A DNA stretch of 64,000 nucleotides from a virus. This document shows positions 40,862-51,784 of the stretch, piece by piece (position 1 is the stretch's first letter; each line of letters opens with the position of its first letter). The stretch is taken from the IMG/VR virus record IMGVR_UViG_3300027896_000010, positions 64,001-128,000 of that record, one strand, 5' to 3'. The position numbers were made by a program, and so were the translations under genes. The notes under the pieces are model-generated. The model worked only from the letters and a program-made list of their open reading frames with translations. It was not told the origin of the DNA and made no database searches.

Positions 40862-42337
40862 ATTATACCTCTTTAAATATTTTTCTGATACCTTGCGTCA
40901 TTGCTACCAATATTAACTCAGGGTATTTCACTATAGCCTTAAGAGCATTAGCATGAGGGCAAATATCAGCTTCATCTGGATAGATAATCGTCATCCTCAA
41001 TCGACAGTAAATATTTCCATCAGAATCTTGTTCCGCACATGGACAAGTAGGCTCGTCCACATCCCATCCTTCATCGCAAAGCATCGTGCTTCCTTACGGC
41101 TCTCTGCATCTGTCTCCTGTGTCTACGGTCTCGCCAGTGAAGCTTCTTCCCCGCCTTCTCTTTGTCCTGAATGATAGCTTCGACATAACTTGTCCAGTTT
41201 ATCTTAGAAGGATGCGACATCTTACCACCCATTATCCCTCCTCTTTATCGTCGCTCCAGCCTATACAATCAAAAAAGTAGTTAATCTCTTCCCCCGTCAT
41301 GCTCTTCTTCCACAGGATACTCTCTACTCGCTGGCACAAATCCACAATGGGCAGGTTCTACCCAAAGGAAACTCCTTAATATCATGGCATACGGTTTACG
41401 AACCTCCTCTTCGACGTCTCTCTCAACCGTCTCGCCCCTAAGCTCAGGAATCCATAACTCACACTTGCTCTTGATACATTCTACTCTTTTCCATGGAGCA
41501 GGGCTTATGGGCATTCCCCAGCTACTCCCCGCCCACTCTATGTTCGCAAACGGACACAACCCCTTACCGTTCATCGTAATCTTCCCTCCTCGGCGATATA
41601 GGCACCGCCGCCAACTCGTATATATAGTAAGGGTCATAGAGAACCTTCTTCAAGACTTCTCCTGTAACACACTCTTCGGGTGGGAAGTTAGGCATAACCG
41701 CCGATTTGGATACCCATTTCCAGAACAGGCAGTGGTCGAACATCCGAACCTCAAATCCAAGCTCTTGCTTGTGTACCTGCCCTCGCATGAAAGCTGGGCA
41801 ATTATCACATGGATTCATTTTCATCATCTTCTTTCTCTATCCTATCGGTTGAGCCAAATAAACGTTCAAGTTCTTCTTCATTCATGCCTAAAGATTGCCA
41901 ATGCCTTCTACTTAATAGCCTGAAGTGTTCTTTTTTATCCCATTCTTCTTTCTCTATCCTGCCACCAGCAACATAACCGGCTATCCACTGTTCCACTGAG
42001 TCTAGTCGGTCTGCCAAGTTACGGTCGAAGTCGTGGTGAGCTTGTTCCTGAAGACGTACTATCTTCATCGCCAAAGTCTCTATCAAGAGAGCCATATCCA
42101 TCCTAGGATAAATTCCCAGCTTCTCGGCGTTAGAGTTATGCTTAACTTTTCCAGTTTCCCATCTAGGCCGAACTTTGATACAGTTACCATTCCCCCTCCC
42201 TGTCCAAATCGGGCTAATCCTGCCGCCTGTAAATCTCCTAATTCGATTCCAGAACCACCATTGAAACATTTGCCAGTTTGTTGCAGGATTCATGGCTTCC
42301 TCCCGTCCGGTGAAAAATCCCAATGCAAATATCATCT

Positions 42338-42868
42338 CTCCACCTCCGCTCTAATCGTCATCTCACCACACCACCCTCAAATCGAATCCCTCGCTTTGTG
42401 GCACAGATTCGCGACACATCTCTTGCAAAGATGAATCCCGCGCCAGCCTTCCCAATATTCTTTCATCGCCCTACCGCAGTTCGAGCATTGTGGGGTCGCT
42501 TGTGTGGAACGTCTTTTAACAAAATCCCAAGTATGATATTTCACTCACTCACCTCGCCGGTGCCTTTGCAGGTGGGACACTCTTTTTTATTCTCAATCCC
42601 AGATATGATTTCCCAAACAACTCCTCCCGTCCCTCCGCAGTCGGGGCAAGTGGCGTCCTGAATCAGATTTAGATTAGATTTATCTCGTCTCTTGATTTCG
42701 GATGGCAATTCCAAGAGCATCTTCCAAGCATCCAAATATCGCTCATCCAGCACAGCCTCGATGATGGAGAGGGCTTCGGGAGATGCCTTTTGCAATTTAT
42801 CGCAAGCGACATTAATTCGGTCTGCCAAATCCTCGCTCATCTACTCCACCTCCGCTCTAATCGTCATC
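42338..42868 (+). repeat. 25-bp identical direct repeat pair (CTCCACCTCCGCTCTAATCGTCATC) at 42338-42362 and 42844-42868
   Basis: Read directly; on the minus strand it spans a stop codon plus RBS. Confidence 0.8.
42541..42840 (-). CDS. IIEAVL-family zinc-finger protein
   Basis: EALSIIEAVLDE...CPDCGGTG...CPTCKGTG. Confidence 0.65.
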   Translation of the reverse strand: MSEDLADRINVACDKLQKASPEALSIIEAVLDERYLDAWKMLLELPSEIKRRDKSNLNLIQDATCPDCGGTGGVVWEIISGIENKKECPTCKGTGEVSE

Positions 42869-43314
42869 GCCAGTCAAGCCAAGAGCCGTTTTTATTCTTT
42901 CTCTCAACGTTGGTGATACGGGATATTCCAAATCATCCACAGTCGCCGCCAGTTCTTCGGCGCAGGAGAGGCAGATATGAAACACATCTCTATTCTCAGG
43001 TTGCGACTGGAAATATGGTCCTTGCGTGAAACTCAAACAATGAGGACAATATTGCGAACGCCGCTCTTCATTCTTATGGTATGTCCAAGTCATCGTTCAC
43101 CTTCTATACTTCGGAATCGGCTCATACATTGGCATATAGATAAGACCATCGATGACTATATTTTTCACAAATTCGAGCCAAGCTTTTTCTTGAGTGTTAC
43201 CAAAACCTGCAATAGGATTCTCTCTATCACCACGATACATAACACACCATATATCACCATCACGAAACATCTTGATGGTCAACTCCACTTCCAAATCAGC
43301 CATCGTCATCTCCC

Positions 43315-43623
43315 CTAGTAACCATCATCAATTCTTCTAGTGCCGTCTCTTTCTCTTCTTGCTATCTGAGCCTGATGCATTCTGCCCCTTGCTTCCCAAG
43401 ACCGTTTTTGACCCTTACGGGATTCACTTGATTTGCGCCTATGTTCTTCTGTTTGCTTATAACCTAAAGCGTTTTTCTTTCCCTTCATGGCTTCACTTAG
43501 TTTGCGCCTTGTTTCTTCAGTGGGGCTAAAACCCTTATGGGGCATTATTACCATCCAACCCTGTCCAGAACTTTGATAACCAACCAGCCACAGATAACCC
43601 CAAGAGGGATACCCGCAAGACAA
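43315..43623 (-). CDS. Stand-alone NUMOD3-repeat DNA-binding protein
   Basis: TEETRRKLSEAMKG and TEEHRRKSSESRKG repeats; no nuclease domain; likely start MPHKG. Confidence 0.65.
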   Translation of the reverse strand: MSCGYPSWGYLWLVGYQSSGQGWMVIMPHKGFSPTEETRRKLSEAMKGKKNALGYKQTEEHRRKSSESRKGQKRSWEARGRMHQAQIARRERDGTRRIDDGY

Positions 43624-44013
43624 CCTAAACCAAAAGCATAGCCATGTATATACATTACCTGACCCACTTCCACTTCTTGACCCTGCCGTACTTGATTACA
43701 ACCACAGCTTTCATACCTTTTGATGCTAAGTCAGCTACCACCTGTGAATCATCAGATATCTCCTTGCGATAGAAAACAACATATCCATCTCCCTGTATAT
43801 CCATCAAAACTGTGTTGTCGAAGTTGTTATTGACATTGACTACCGTCCCACTATAAGTGCCATCTTTTAGGACTGGTGTCGTGTAGTCACCATGGAAATT
43901 TATAGCCCATAATGCAATAACTACAGCCGCTATTATGGCAACAATAGATATAACTATAACTAAGGGCATCTTGGATGGCATAGGCTCTGGAAAGTTTCTT
44001 GCTTGATTAGCCA

Positions 44014-44352
44014 TTAACCCACCACCTCCACTCTCCCGGTGCCTTTGCAAGTGGGACAATCATCGCCTTGCTTCAAATCATTCCTATGACCACCCCATCG
44101 CCATTCACGATGATTTATGTCGAACTTCCCGCTCCCTCCGCAGTCGGGGCAGGTGGTGGACTTCTCAGCACGGGCATTCATCGCTTCGGTCAGTCCCCAC
44201 GCTCGATTTGTGTCTTCCAGTATTTCCCTAATCTTCCACTCACTTATGCGCCCCTCCAGCACCGCCTCGATGATGTCGAGTTGACCATTTGACGCACCGC
44301 CCCGAACGAGGTGTCCAAGAGCATCGCGGTATTCCTCGTTTAGTTCACTCAT
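44014..44352 (-). CDS. IIEAVL-family zinc-finger protein
   Basis: LDIIEAVLEG...CPDCGGSG...CPTCKGTG. Confidence 0.65.
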   Translation of the reverse strand: MSELNEEYRDALGHLVRGGASNGQLDIIEAVLEGRISEWKIREILEDTNRAWGLTEAMNARAEKSTTCPDCGGSGKFDINHREWRWGGHRNDLKQGDDCPTCKGTGRVEVVG

Positions 44353-45091
44353 TTATCTTCGACCCCCTTACGAGGTTGCCACATTTCACATGGATAGAGA
44401 TTTGAAACTTCACCACCGCGCATCTTACAGCCGGGACGATGAGGGCCGTAACCTAAATCAGCATGACCACACTTCGAGCAATTCCATTCTTCCGCTATCA
44501 TCGCCCTTATGATGGGGAAGTCAGCAGGGGTGAGGTGGCAATCTTGAATGTGACAATCCACATGACCCGCTGGATAAGGTGCTTTTCCATCACAAGGATA
44601 AAATCTTTTTGCTATCGGGCATCCTTCACATTTAACCATTCTCGTTCTCCTCTTCAGTATCAAACATCGGGGTGACGACCTCATACAATTTGAGGTGTTC
44701 CCCATCGAGATACCTAGACCCGACACGCTCTGCCTTCCCGTTCAGTACTGCCTCGATAATGGAGAGGTGCTTATCTGAAGCATTGATAACGGCACTGGAG
44801 ATGCTTGACCTGCGCCGTGCATCTTTCCATTGTTCCTGTGTCCAAGGTACATTTTCCATTATCTCACTTCTCCTTTCTATCAACAGAATCCAGATGGTCA
44901 AGATAGATAAGCGTACTGATATACATGACAGCCAAGCCCACTATCAACCCAAAACAGAAATTAAACATTAACTTCTTCTCCCTGTTCTAGAGACAGGCAA
45001 AGCGGAGTGAGCAGGAACAGCCGCGAACCCACTTACGCCCACATCCGCTTGCCTATGCTCTAACATCTTCTTTACTTCCTAATCTCTATCG

Positions 45092-45505
45092 TCAATCTGG
45101 TGGCAGGGTGCCGTGGGATGCCGACATATATCCCGCCCTGTAACCCTCGTACCAAGTTTTTTCATCGTACTTGTTGTTGTATTGAGGGTCTGGCATCGCT
45201 GTTTTATAGGCGTAGGGATTGTTCAGCGCATCCCAATGTCCATGGCTGTAACCATCAGAGGTAACGTCTCCCTCATCGTGAGGGCCAGTAGCCTCTGGCG
45301 TGTCTGACTCGGACGTACTGGTATCCGTACTCGTCGAGGTGTCTGTGGTGCTGTAAGTACTGTCAGAAGAACTTGTAGCATTCGGGTTGCCGAAGTGTTT
45401 CTGGCAGATTATGATGGTGGCGACCAACAGGCCGACTATCACTATCACAACCAGCAGGACTTTTGCGAACGTCTCAAAGTAATCCAGTCCAGTTTTTGTA
45501 TCCAT
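45092..45505 (-). CDS. Single-pass membrane protein with Ser/Thr-rich stalk
   Basis: TM helix, SSSDSTYSTTDTSTSTDTSTS and a small C-terminal domain. Confidence 0.6.
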   Translation of the reverse strand: MDTKTGLDYFETFAKVLLVVIVIVGLLVATIIICQKHFGNPNATSSSDSTYSTTDTSTSTDTSTSESDTPEATGPHDEGDVTSDGYSHGHWDALNNPYAYKTAMPDPQYNNKYDEKTWYEGYRAGYMSASHGTLPPD

Positions 45506-46083
45506 CTATATCACCTACCTCTCGTCCTAGTCCATCGAAACTTTTTTGATGTGATACATCACGTATATCATGTCCTTACTGCGAACCCCGCCATTCTCCT
45601 CTACCCACTCGATAGGCTCTTCTGGTCTGCCGTACTGCGCCTCTGACTTGTTATGCTCTCGCTGGGCTACAGCCTTGGCTCTCTCAAGGGTCTTGCAGTA
45701 CTTCCTCCAGTTAGCCCAAGTATGCTCCGTTCCCATCGGCCCACCCAGACCAGTCAGGTTCTCGCTCTCCAGTTCGTAGACGTACTCCTTCGCCATCTCT
45801 ATCACCTAGCTCTCTTACCCGTTCGAATTCTGGACTTCCAACTTCCCCATCTCGTACGCCCACTCCAGCATCTGGCGAGTGAACTCAGCATCGTGGAGAT
45901 TCTTGTAGTACTGAATCATCAGGTGCTTATCCTCATGGTTGGAAAGCCCAACAGCCCAGATAGTCTCACCGTATACATCCTTATCAACCCATACATCGAA
46001 CATGTCCTGCTCCTAGTCCTTAATCTGGGATACCCTTATCCCAAAACTCGGCATCGACAGCCCTGCGCCCTATATATTCGTAG

Positions 46084-48114
46084 TCACTGGCTTACAATCA
46101 TTGACCAACTTCCTCCTTCTGCTTGAACGTCCATTATGTAAATTCCGGGGGAGACGTTGATAATGACTGAGTCGTCCCTGTTGCCAATCTCATTTTCCAA
46201 CAAGTCGACTTGTTCTCCGTCAGAACGGTAAAGCCAGATAATGAAGTTACTGTCTCCACGATATGCCATGTCAAAACGGGCGGCTCCCCCATTAAGTGTG
46301 AAGAACCCCGTATGGCTGTCAGACGACCCTTGATACGTCTGGGGTACTCCAGCTGCCGAGGCAGGACGAGGCTGTTCAACGTGTATCGTCCACGGTCCAG
46401 AGGCGTAAGTGATGGCCAAATAATAGTTGCCGTCCGAGGGAACACTGAAGACTCGGCCTCCGCTATATTTAGACAGTTCATTAGCTATAAGTTCTAGGTC
46501 ATTTCCCTGACTGTCTCTTAACCACACAATGAAGTTCGAGTACTGTTCCGAAGTACTGTACGTTAAATCAAAGGTCGTAATCCCCTTCATCAACCCGAAA
46601 ATCGCGGTCGCTTGGTTGCCATTTCCGCTGAAGTCATAGGTGTAAGGTGCGGGAGGGGTAGGAGGTGGAGGTGGTGGAGGCGGTGGAGGCGGAGGCGGAG
46701 GAAAATTAGGCCCCTTGCCTTGATAGTCAAAGTACATCGGTCGTTCCACTATAAGGCCCGAATCGGATGTTACGTCGATAGCGAAGTCCTGTTCAGGCCC
46801 GATAGCAAGATTGGCATCGACCGTTACCCTAGTGTTGGCAGGAACATTAACACTTTGAGGTATAGAGGTTCCACTCGTGTTCCTGTAAGTGATATTGGCG
46901 GTCGTGGCAAGGCTGTTCGGGTTCTGTATGCAGAGCCAAGTCTCAAAACCGGCCCTGCTACAACCCTCGGCGAACATCGAGACGGTCTGGGGAGAAGTAG
47001 CCCCGAAGGAGTCGGAGCCTCCGTCCCACTTGTCCCTGTATAGGAAATACATAGGTCGTTCTACGGCAATAGGAATATTGCTTACTACCTTGGAACTGAC
47101 ATCCTGTTCTGGCCCGATGTCGGACGCCACGTTCACGGTCTTCCTCGAATGCGGCGCGACCGAGTATGACTTTTTCTGTGTTCGTCCAGTCGCCATCTGA
47201 TAGGTGATATTTGCCGATGCCGTTGTACCGCTGGGATTCTGAAGGGTCAACCAAGTATCGAATCCCTGTCGAGTACACCCCTCCCCAAAATACCAGCTAG
47301 TGGACAGGCTGTTGGCACCTACGGCATCATGTCCCCCGTTCCACTTGCCTTGGTAGTTGAAATACATAGGACGTTCGGCCACGACAGGACTTCCAGTAAT
47401 CTTCACCGAAACGTTCTCGTTATCCCCGACCGCATCACGGACATTGCGGGTGAATCTACTCCAAGGGCCAACAGAAACAACCTCCGACAAAACGGAACCA
47501 TTCTCATTCATGTACTGTATGGTTATAGTCGCATAGGAATCACTTGGATTCAGGATACAGAGCCACTCGTCAAATCCGGGCTGTGTACACCCCTCAGCAA
47601 AGTACCACGTTGACTGGGGATGACCAACTCCCATGGCAACGTGGCCACCAGTTCTACCATTGCTGTTGAAGTACACGGACCTCTCTACGACAATGGGAGT
47701 GGAGTTAGTAACCTTACACGCTACATCGTGTTCGCCATAGAAGACATCGTTGACATAGATGGTCAAGCGGGAATTTGCGCCGACTTCAACTGACTGACTT
47801 TTAATGGAACCATCTTCCAAGTAGTAGGTAATCTGCGGGTTCACGGAATAAATTGAGTAGCGGTTGAAAATGCACAGGTAGGTATTGAACCCGCTTCTGG
47901 TACATCCCTCAGCAAAGTACCACGTTGACTTGCCCTGCTGGGTTCCCATTACAACGTGGCCACCAGTCCAGTCGGCGAAAGCAGCCGGGGACAATGTGAG
48001 AAGTAGGAGGAAAATCAGAACCGCTGATAGCAATACCTTTCTCACTATGATGACCCTTTTCTTTGTCACCTTCCCCTTGATGAACGTCCGTATTCGCTTC
48101 GTCTTCTCCATCAT
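46084..48114 (-). CDS. Secreted surface protein with WYFAEG (DUF5719-like) repeats, poly-Pro linker and PPC-like C-terminal domains
   Basis: Signal peptide ending AFA; four repeats of (W/M)(Y)F(A/G)EGC.R.GF.TW/YL.I.NP...ERP/SMYF; long Pro run; two beta-sandwich-like domains. Confidence 0.75.
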   Translation of the reverse strand: MMEKTKRIRTFIKGKVTKKRVIIVRKVLLSAVLIFLLLLTLSPAAFADWTGGHVVMGTQQGKSTWYFAEGCTRSGFNTYLCIFNRYSIYSVNPQITYYLEDGSIKSQSVEVGANSRLTIYVNDVFYGEHDVACKVTNSTPIVVERSVYFNSNGRTGGHVAMGVGHPQSTWYFAEGCTQPGFDEWLCILNPSDSYATITIQYMNENGSVLSEVVSVGPWSRFTRNVRDAVGDNENVSVKITGSPVVAERPMYFNYQGKWNGGHDAVGANSLSTSWYFGEGCTRQGFDTWLTLQNPSGTTASANITYQMATGRTQKKSYSVAPHSRKTVNVASDIGPEQDVSSKVVSNIPIAVERPMYFLYRDKWDGGSDSFGATSPQTVSMFAEGCSRAGFETWLCIQNPNSLATTANITYRNTSGTSIPQSVNVPANTRVTVDANLAIGPEQDFAIDVTSDSGLIVERPMYFDYQGKGPNFPPPPPPPPPPPPPPTPPAPYTYDFSGNGNQATAIFGLMKGITTFDLTYSTSEQYSNFIVWLRDSQGNDLELIANELSKYSGGRVFSVPSDGNYYLAITYASGPWTIHVEQPRPASAAGVPQTYQGSSDSHTGFFTLNGGAARFDMAYRGDSNFIIWLYRSDGEQVDLLENEIGNRDDSVIINVSPGIYIMDVQAEGGSWSMIVSQ

Positions 48115-48308
48115 CCTTCTCCTCTCGCTATTTTGCTTGCTTTGCCTTACATTATTTCTATAATTTCATAGCTTATGATAATATACTTCTATATCTGTTT
48201 ATGTTTTCCTCCTTGAAAAAACCTCTTACCTATAAGGTAAGCTTTTCGACCCCTAAAATGGGGGTTGGGTTTGAAAATTGAACAAAAAACTTTCATTTGT
48301 CTAGTAGT

Positions 48309-48842
48309 CTAATCCCTGTCTTTCATCCGCTTAAGCATCTTGGCATTGCCATAATAGAGGTGCCCATCTATCCATTTCCTAGTTCGTAATTCTAAGGGAC
48401 GGGAACAAGTCCAACACTCATCGGTCGTATCTCCGTCCTCCACTATGTTCCACTTCTTAGGATTGAGTTTCGTTCTTATCCCACACAAAGAACGTATCTC
48501 TCCTTTGTATCTTATAAAAAAATGCTCTCGACCTATAGAATCATATCCATACCACTTGAACAGCTTCTGAGCGCCATTGAGCCATTTGTTTGGGTCTGGC
48601 TCTGGCTCTTTATCCTGTTCTCTTTTTTCTAGAACTCTTTGCCGTAATTGTTGGAGGTCTCTTTCCCTAGCCAAGTACTCTTCCAAAACTCCTATGTCCC
48701 TAGCACCCAGAGTCAATTGGGCAAAATGGCGAGGCTCTTTAGAGTCTTCAAATGAAATTATAAAATTGCCATTATCATCCTTCCCTACCCAAATACCCGT
48801 ATCCTCATCAAATTCTTTAGGGCCTTCTCGCTTCCAATCCAT
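48309..48842 (-). CDS. Hypothetical protein
   Basis: H...SLCG...ECWTC Zn-like motif. Confidence 0.5.
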   Translation of the reverse strand: MDWKREGPKEFDEDTGIWVGKDDNGNFIISFEDSKEPRHFAQLTLGARDIGVLEEYLARERDLQQLRQRVLEKREQDKEPEPDPNKWLNGAQKLFKWYGYDSIGREHFFIRYKGEIRSLCGIRTKLNPKKWNIVEDGDTTDECWTCSRPLELRTRKWIDGHLYYGNAKMLKRMKDRD

Positions 48843-49305
48843 CTATCTATCCTTTCAGCGGAAGCGTGGCTCGGTGTCATCGTATCTGGTAGACCAGACG
48901 ATAGCGTCACTGTGGCGTGTGGGGTGCTTGAGACGCTCCCAGAGCGATTCTGAGCGTGGTGCGACCCCTCCAGTAGGACGGATGCCTTCTTCATCGTTAC
49001 CGGCCTCTACAGGCTCAAAATCTACTGTTTCCTTCGGGGGCGGTGTGCCATCATATAACTCACAGAATTCCTGATAGCCCATGTCCTCGATTTGGGCGAT
49101 GAATTTGATATGGTCAATAGAAAGGCGTGTTCCTGTGATTTCATTCCAAGTGGTGATTGTGCCTTCCTCGTCACAGGGGAAAGCCATAATCTCCCAGCCA
49201 GTATATGGAACATGGACTCCGCTTAATACGAAATACCTGTCGCCCCATCGGCAGAGCCACGCCTCACCACGCCAGCCCTCAAGGTCTCTTTCAATAACCT
49301 CGATG

Positions 49306-51762
49306 TTACCAAACATCATCCTCATCCCAATCGACATCCTCGATGGGTGGCAGTTCGTCAGCCAATTCTTCTTCTGCCATAATCTGCGCTTCAATCTCTG
49401 CGTTTTCGTCTGCTTCCATCTCTGCTCTTATTTCTTCTATGTCTTCTGGGGTTGGGGATATGGTCTTAACCCAGACATAGCTCCGACCATCCTTTTGGAT
49501 ATCAAAACCGTTCTGCTTCAAGCGCCTGACCACGTACGGAATGTCCTGAACGAGTGCTTGTTCAGGTGTCTTGTTGGTCTTGAGTGGCAAGCCAGATGCT
49601 ATGATATCGTCCATGATTTCTTTCTTCGTCCCTCCCTCTAGTATTCGCTTTGCTATCGCCCTAGGTGCGGCGTCCCGAAAGATTTCGTCCAGAGACTTAA
49701 ATCCGTTCGTCATTACATCCTCCCTTTCTTGCATTATGTGGCTCATGGCACTAAAAGCCTTCTGCACCTTCGCCGTTTCTTCCATATGTAGCTTCTGCAA
49801 ATCCAACCATTCTTTGACGGTGATACCGACAGTCAGCTTCCCTCGAAGCTCCTCATCAGCTATGATGTTCGCCAATGTACAAACGACTCCAGTTTTCAAC
49901 GTCATTCACCTCCTTGACGCCTTCGCTTATTAATAGCCTAAGGCGGTTCTTGTCCTCGTCTGTTTTGATTGCCCATGTCATCCATGACAGAGACATTATC
50001 ACCCAGCATATACCGGGTGCTCCCCCATATACGACCTTTCCTTTGCGTTGCCACCATTTCTTATCGATTCGAATTGGCTTCTTGGTATCACCAGCCGTAT
50101 AGACTGGAAGGGTGATATAGTCCTCTCCCATATCTGTGAAATCAATGACGCTCTTTTTCTTGGGAAACAATTGGTCTTTCAATAGCTCCTTCATACCCTC
50201 GTCATATTCCTCAGAATAAGAGTCAGCGAGAGCATCCAGAGTATCTTCCCCTGCTTCCCAAAGAGCTTCTTCATCCCTACCAGCCAATGACCTCATGCTC
50301 CTTTTTCTCGACCTTCTTGAAGTCGTCTTCTTCCCAAGTATCAACATCCTTGAAATCCTGTAAAAGAGTTACTGCTAGTGCGAACATCGCTCCAGTAACA
50401 AACGCTACTATGATATACAGTATTGACTGGTTTGGTGCCAATACTATGACCATAGATAAAACCCCAAAACTTAACACAAAAAGCAGACATTGAATAATGA
50501 GCCATTTATGCTTACTCATTCTAGCGCTCCTTACGAGTTCAGATATGCATCCCTGACTGCCGTAGCCTCGTCGTTAACCTCTTGTTCTACCTTGCTCCAG
50601 AGCGCGGCGAATGTCCTATCGACATCGTTCCTGCTATTGGTCATGATAGTCTTGCTGACAGAAGCATCGACTCGTGCCGATTCATATTGTGCGAGGCTTA
50701 TAGTCAGCCCAAGCTTGACCTGTATCGTAGTCTCACTTGGTTGCGGTCTTGGTTCTAGTACTTCTTTCTTATCCTGTTCCGTTGCCATTACCTACTCCTT
50801 TCATGATTCCCATGAATTGGTGGGACAGTTTTAATGAATGTCCCTGCTCTTACCAACTGTATCCATTTCGTTTTTTCTTCTTCGGTAAACTCTTGAACAT
50901 GGAAATGACCCAGAGCTTCCTTTGGGACAAGCATCATCGGATACTCTTCTTCTAACTCTCGTCTCAGCCATGCCTCTCGAATTCGTTTGCGACCCCTATG
51001 ATAATTGACTCGTGCCAAATGTCTGCTGGCATCCCATAGAAAAATCATAGCAAGAATCGCTACGCCCCCGACAATCAGCAATCTAAGTATCCATGCTGGC
51101 ATCATCCATCTCCCCATCCCAAAAATCATTCTCCTGTGTCTTGTCGTATTCTTCTATAATTGCCAATGGGTCAGTAACACCATCGTTTCGCTTCTTTAAT
51201 ATGGCTTCCCAACCCCTACGAGCAAGAACATCGAGCAACCTCGATAGCTCATAAAGCTGAGTCCAAGTCAATTCTGATATAGCCCCCTGTACCGAAGACT
51301 CTATAGAATCTTTGAATCCCTGAAACTCATCTTGACTAGCCATGATTATGCCTTTACTGCCGACACCTTGACATATGCCGCTATCTTCTTGATAGTGGCC
51401 ATCTCTGCCGTCTGCTCTTGGGTCAACTTGCCCTCGTTGACCAGTGCCACGATACGCTCTGGATTAAACTGGGTAATTACTTCTACCACATCATCCCAAA
51501 GCCCTAGTGGCTCCAGATAGGCTTTGCATTTATCTTCTTTCCATTCAATCGAGCTTGGCTCAACCTTAGCGATACTCAGCATCTCGCCATCGACATCCAG
51601 TTGTTTGGAATCGATATTGTTGGCAAGCATGTACGATAGCAATTTACCGTTTACCAGCTTGAGCTTTTTATCTGCCTCGGCTTTCTCCTTGTAGATTTTC
51701 TGCCTGACCTTGAGGGTCGCCAGAAACTGCTCTTCCGTTCCAATTCCAGATTCAACTTCCAT
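49306..51762 (-). other. Run of helical hypothetical proteins (49306-49905, 49856-50347, 50277-50519, 50531-50788, 50788-51129, 51083-51343, 51346-51762)
   Basis: Contiguous minus-strand ORFs; no recognisable family. Confidence 0.5.
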
Positions 51763-51784
51763 CCCATTCTCCTTTTCTAATCAT

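Larger units (their letters stand above)
30023..45805 (-). other. Array of many small accessory genes, many with CxxC/CxxCxGxG zinc modules or single TM helices
   Basis: Contiguous minus-strand ORFs, mostly 60-240 aa, with overlapping stop/start codons and several paralog families (see findings). Confidence 0.8.

Noticed and set aside
39110-43700. Track ORF N-termini reading MSHLQRHR / LSHLPRHREEA
   Set aside because: These are alternative-frame translations of the CPTCKGTGRKP junction repeat; true starts are at the downstream ATG.
30262-44901. Diversity-generating retroelement template/variable repeats
   Set aside because: Repeats are short, differences are not confined to adenines, and no reverse transcriptase is in the window.
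46650-46705. GGA/GGT/GGC-rich tandem repeat
   Set aside because: It simply encodes the poly-proline linker of the surface protein.
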